Origin: Marsupella aquatica
Lineage: Eukaryota; Plantae; Marchantiophyta
Assembly (NCBI GenBank): GCA_973895155.1
Contig: OZ316898.1
Coordinates: forward strand, 14,476,330-14,540,329
Length of the DNA stretch: 64,000 nucleotides
Direction of reading: 5' to 3'
The translations under genes and the position numbers were made by a program. Below are positions 60,280 to 64,000 of the stretch, one piece after another (position 1 is the first letter of the stretch; each line of letters begins with the position of its first letter). The notes under the pieces are model-generated. The model was given only the letters and a program-made list of their open reading frames with translations. It did not search any database and was not told the DNA's origin.

Positions 60280-61759
60280 ATGGGAACTCGTGTGCAAACT
60301 TACGTTATAGAGGTGAGTCTGAACAGAGAAACTTTTATGCCAATGAGATAAACCGTCCGGAGAATGGTAAAGTTTTTGACCTGAGATTTGACAGAACGCA
60401 AAGTATCATCAACGCCCAATGTTAGAATATAGGTGAACCCCTGATGGTCAGAATGTTCAATGTTTTTGTCCAGGACTATGATTTGCGGTGCACTTCATTT
60501 GGAGTACCTTGCTATACTCATTCAGCACGCAACTTCGGGTCTGAAGGCTGCACTACGTTGTTTGACAAAGATAAACTGAGACCCGAGGTTGAGAACAAGG
60601 AGCCAGATTTGAAGGTCGCGGAGGAGAATTTGGAAATAACTACAAAGAAGTGGAAGGGAGTTGTTGCCAAAGAAGCTGAGACATCAATGTACTCCTCTCC
60701 AGAGATCTTGACAAGGCTCACTACTGCCAATCTCAAAAAGTATTCAAAGCTGAGGTATTTAATACTGTAGACAGTGTCGGCCCTGTAAGTTTTTTCTGAG
60801 CTGTTCACACATTTTTCTGTAACTCGCGCACTCTCTGCCCTGATCTTTCCCAATGTGCGTACATATATAGAGAATTTAATCTGAGGAACTTACAGGTTAG
60901 AAAATTGATCTAATGATGGCGTTGGCTGTGGATCTGGAGATCCAAAAGCGTCTCAAAATAGAACAACCATCTTCTCTTTGCGAGTGCTATTGGCAATTAT
61001 TCTTAGTTGATGATTTGACATAAACCGTGCAGCCAATTTCTTTTGGTTGAGCCGATGGGTCCCATCAACAAATGATAGTGATTGATTTCACGTTGTTCTG
61101 ATCTATAGTGGGTAGAAGGGAGTCATTTAATTTGTCTTAGCAAATCTTGTGTAGGGTAAGCAGGGAGGATGGACTAGAGTAACAATAATCTTTCAACTGT
61201 GCAGTCCACATGCAACATCTAGAACTGTATTGTGGAGCTAGAAGGAGTTTGACGAAACAAAAGTTAGAGATTTTGCTTTTCATCCGGAATTGGATACTAT
61301 AGTTTCAGTGCGAGCGCTTTTAGAAATGCCTCCTAACACAGTCCGTTTCAAAGAGCTCAAGGATCAGGGAAAAAACGTGCCCTTCTTTGGTGAGTGTCAA
61401 ATTTGATGGTGACAGGATTCAGTTCGTTTTTTATTGCCCACCAGTGAATCTGATGACGTCGGTAACACAGCGGGCCTTCCTTGCATCATTGCTTGCTTTT
61501 GCCATCACTAGAAGTGTTGTTTATGTCAATAATGGACTGCATTGTATGATTGGGTGTAGCGATTGACTGTCCTGCTATCAACAAAGTAGCAGATGCTCCA
61601 ACCAAGAAAGGTAATGTACCTGTCCAGCTTAAACCTGATAATCATATCGAGGTTGCTACTGTTGTGCGGTCAGGGCCTTCCGCCCATAGGATGACAATGA
61701 GTCCATCTGAGTATGGCAAAATTGGTTACCTAGCTACTCTGATGGACTCTTCTGGCTAG
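60280..61759 (+). pseudogene. Unidentified spliced gene or pseudogene
   Basis: Phase-compatible junctions: MGTRVQTYVIE (60280-60312)|GTGAGT..tccAG|DYDLRCTSFG (60474-60754), and ..KNVPFF (61155-61389)|GTGAGT..gtAG|AIDCPAINK (61560-61759). An in-frame TAG lies at 61239, and I found no clean join between 60754 and 61155. A putative TSS region with a telo-box (TTTAGGGTTT ~58904) and 5' UTR introns lies upstream. Product not recognised. Confidence 0.4.
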
Positions 61760-64000
61760 ACTCTAACTCAATTAATTAGAGAGGTCCGTGCGGGGGTCCC
61801 TGTTGTATTTATGTTTTGGCGGGCAAAATTGAACTGTATCTAGGCTTGGCTGCAAAGGGTGGGTCGTAGTTCAGAAAGTTAGGAATTAATGCCACAGATA
61901 AGGCTGCATGGAGGATTGCTGGCCCTAGACAAACAAATGTTAGAAAGTGATTGTGTGAGATTTTTTTGGATATTTCAATGAAACCTTGCCTCTCCTTTTC
62001 ATAGCAATAAAGAAATAAAAATTACTGAGGACAGGCGCATAAACCCCAATCCACAATTATCTTGAGCTATAGGTAACAACGTTTTTATGGTGGGATGGAA
62101 TAGGAGAGCCAGAACCTGCAGCAGTGCCGGAAGTTCACATGCAACGGAGTGATATTCAGATTTTGTCAAACTGCCTTCAATCTAATTATGTCCACCATAC
62201 ACATCCCCGCACTGTGGATACAGCCGAAGATACAGCCTATCGCTGAATTCTGTGTCCACAACTAAATTCATGAGGTGAACAGACAAAACAAATTTCTATT
62301 GGTATTTAATAATAATGGCTTGCATCTCTGTTAATTAAAGGCACAAAATGGGATTTTGCAGAACCTTTACTTCAGCCATTCGGTTTTCCAAGATGTGGTA
62401 AATTGTATTTGCATGGCAGGTGATGACACTTGAAGATACAAGATGCCAAGATGGTCCCCACCGAGGTCCCCACAGGGTAAAGCTTAGTTCACTAGGACCA
62501 ACATATATTGACATGCGCTTGCACACTCCTTGCTTTGACTACATCATAGTTGACTAAACAAAGAATAATTTAAACTGTGTTGGAAAATGTGCAATGCAAC
62601 GTGAGTCTGCAGTATCTTTCTCCAATTGTGCTCAGTTGTGAATGTGTGGTGAATGCCAATTCCCATGCCCCTTTTTTGCTACCTTTGTCCTTTTGTATGT
62701 TTTCACCCAGATAGTCAGAGTACAATATTTAAATATTCTTGTGGTATTTTGTTCAGGTCAAACTTGTTTTGTCTCATATACAAACAGTGGAGTTTGGAGC
62801 TTGTATTGTTGGGTACTTCCTATCCTTGTTTACCTCCAGTAATTAGAAGGACATCATATCACTGCCCTTTCTATGATTAATTTTATCTGCCAACCGTTAT
62901 CCAGTTGCGACTGCTAAAGATTCTGAGATTTTCCAATAAGTATTGCACACTTCACCTTATTTCGCATTTGCAGGCAGTAGGGCATATCTTACCTTGGAGT
63001 ACTGGATCTCTCGACAAGATCTTTTTCTAAATAGAAACTCCTTTCTTGGACTTCAGTACTAGGTTGGTAATGTAATTCATTTTCAATTAAACCATTGAAT
63101 ATTTGTCTCTATATTGCAAGGAAGGTGTGCTGGCTTTCTGTTTGGCAGGGATCTGAAACTGCTGTGTGATGAAAGGTGATGCGATGCAAACTACCAAGGG
63201 TGAACATGTCTTTATTTTTTCAGGTGTGCTTTTCATCCTATATCCATTGTTAAAGTAATTCTCTGCAACCTTTGGAAAGATGCTGAGAAGCTTAGTTGCC
63301 ATTTGGCAATCTCTTGTCTTGGCTAAAATTTGTTATAAATCAATTCAAACGCAAGGAAAACATTTGGGGAGTATGTGACATATGCAGTATTAAACAATTT
63401 TGATTTACGACAACTCCAACATTTGAATCAATCATATCCGGCCAATTTTTGTTGTTGGCAATCCGTGTGTGGGATTGGAACCTGGATGGGAATCACTTTA
63501 GACGAGAGGCTTTTGTTCTTGGTCAAACTCAATTAGACTAGATCAGGCTAGAAGCTCTATACCAACTTCATCTTTGAAGCTGTCCCTGTAAATCCAAGAA
63601 GGACACTACTTTTTATGTGGAGTTCTGACAGGGACTCACATGCTTTGTGAACTTTTGTTTAACATTACTTTTTTTAACTCGTTGGCAGTGGTACGTTGGA
63701 AGTGAATTGTGTCAAAGGACGAGAGGATACAATGTACCACTGGTCCCTGTGCCACCCTAGAAAAGGTGTTTTCCTTTCTCCAAAATTATTTGTTGGTCCT
63801 AATCCCTTTGTTGGGTAACTTCTTGCATGCGCTGTTGCACTTCTGATTGATACTAGGTCCTTTGTTGACTAAGACCGGGATGACCATGTTGGCAATATTT
63901 CTGTTCAATGATTCAACTTTGGTGACAGGAGGATATTTTTGAGAGACCAAGCCATTGACCTCAATGGTTGCAAGAAGTAGTTCAGGTACATGAAGCAACA

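Noticed and set aside
62300-64000. Short ORFs near the window end as a further gene or TE
   Set aside because: No recognisable motifs or consistent splice chain, so no call can be supported.

Overview
This is eukaryotic, land-plant-type genomic DNA. GT-AG introns of about 100-500 bp, plant-type Copia/LINE/CACTA elements and TTTAGGG motifs support that; a non-seed plant such as a bryophyte is only my guess. From left to right: (1) an intact 26-exon PRP8 gene on + (2453-14427, 2359 aa, no intein). (2) A convergent, intron-poor giant gene on - (24806-17186, about 2450 aa) with a GB1/RHD3/VLIG-like GTPase domain, a long Cys/His-rich repeat array and a C-terminal VWA (MIDAS) domain. A single +1 frameshift in a C5A4 run separates the VWA from the rest. 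This gene is the most interesting item, as a candidate giant immune-type GTPase. (3) A transposon block containing decayed LINEs and a Copia element (32431-48628). The Copia 5' LTR carries a ~4.2-kb TG..CA solo-LTR-like insert with its own ORF, and its RT/RNaseH junction carries a younger Copia (41107-47763). Six MITEs with CTCGGGGG-type termini and ~8-bp TSDs are spread across the window. (4) A CACTA left end followed by ~123-bp and ~708-bp tandem arrays. (5) An unidentified, probably degenerate spliced gene at about 58.8-61.8 kb. All calls come from reading the sequence; no database searches were run.
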